DNA of 63,829 nucleotides, filler included, from It is 8 parts of 8 records of this genome, joined end to end, with 100 filler letters (N's around TTAATTAATTAA, not from the genome) between each part and the next. Parts side by side here need not be neighbours in the genome. Positions count along the whole stretch, not along the records: positions 59,880 to 63,829 come from SRR20825010_685; 7 more parts are not named here. One strand, 5' to 3'. Shown piece by piece: positions 63,721 to 63,829 of this stretch (position 1 is its first letter; each line of letters starts with the position of its first letter). The notes under the pieces were generated by a model. It saw only the letters and a program-made list of their open reading frames with translations, ran no database searches and was not told where the DNA came from. The position numbers and the translations under genes were made by a program.

Positions 63721-63829
63721 ATGTCGTCAAGATCAGACATCGAACGGCACCACAGCACCAAAAGCTGCCGTCAAAACAACCGCGCATATGGCATATGTCG
63801 CACTCTGGTACTGGCCGGGATTTGTGTCC
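63721..63829 (+). CDS. start of a probable secreted protein, truncated
   Basis: ATG 63721 open to the window end, beginning a hydrophobic stretch (TLVLAGICV). Confidence 0.3.
   Translation, partial: MSSRSDIERHHSTKSCRQNNRAYGICRTLVLAGICV

Overview
This window is not one locus. It consists of 8 unrelated contigs joined by identical 100-bp artificial spacers (44 N + TTAATTAATTAA + 44 N), so gene adjacency across spacers means nothing. Taxonomic labels below are inferred from GC content, gene content and protein style, not from database searches. (1) 1-4886, very high GC, Planctomycete/Phycisphaerales-like: a VOC protein and a Zn-ribbon membrane protein, then a tRNA 3'-end remnant (candidate att site), three translationally coupled small ORFs and a type I restriction subunit hsdR. 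This is probably the edge of a tRNA-integrated island. (2) 4987-11558, Marinobacter-like: CosR/EctR-type MarR, TPR protein, livKHMGF. (3) 11659-30761, Betaproteobacteria (Limnobacter-like) housekeeping: purU, yheT, protease, tcdA, msrA, yajC-secDF, PilZ, purB, GST, mnmA, nudJ, cobalamin riboswitch-btuB, pntAB. (4) 30862-38811, Rhizobiales: Xre/MbcA antitoxin, purEK, rpmJ, TPP riboswitch-thiXY, sugar porter, REP-like element. (5) 38912-47735, Limnobacter-like: TetR/acyl-CoA dehydrogenase, BigR-like/TauE/persulfide dioxygenase, H-NS, metZ, gltX, ycbK. (6) 47836-54364, lower GC: an unusual compact SpvB/TcB-like-RHS fusion that appears to lack the beta-propeller, divergent from a large unrecognised ORF. 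(7) 54465-59779, Rhizobiales flagellar cluster. (8) 59880-63829, Rhodospirillales (Thalassospira-like): nth, lpoA-like, rsmI, yraN. The best novelty candidates are contig 6 and the island edge in contig 1.
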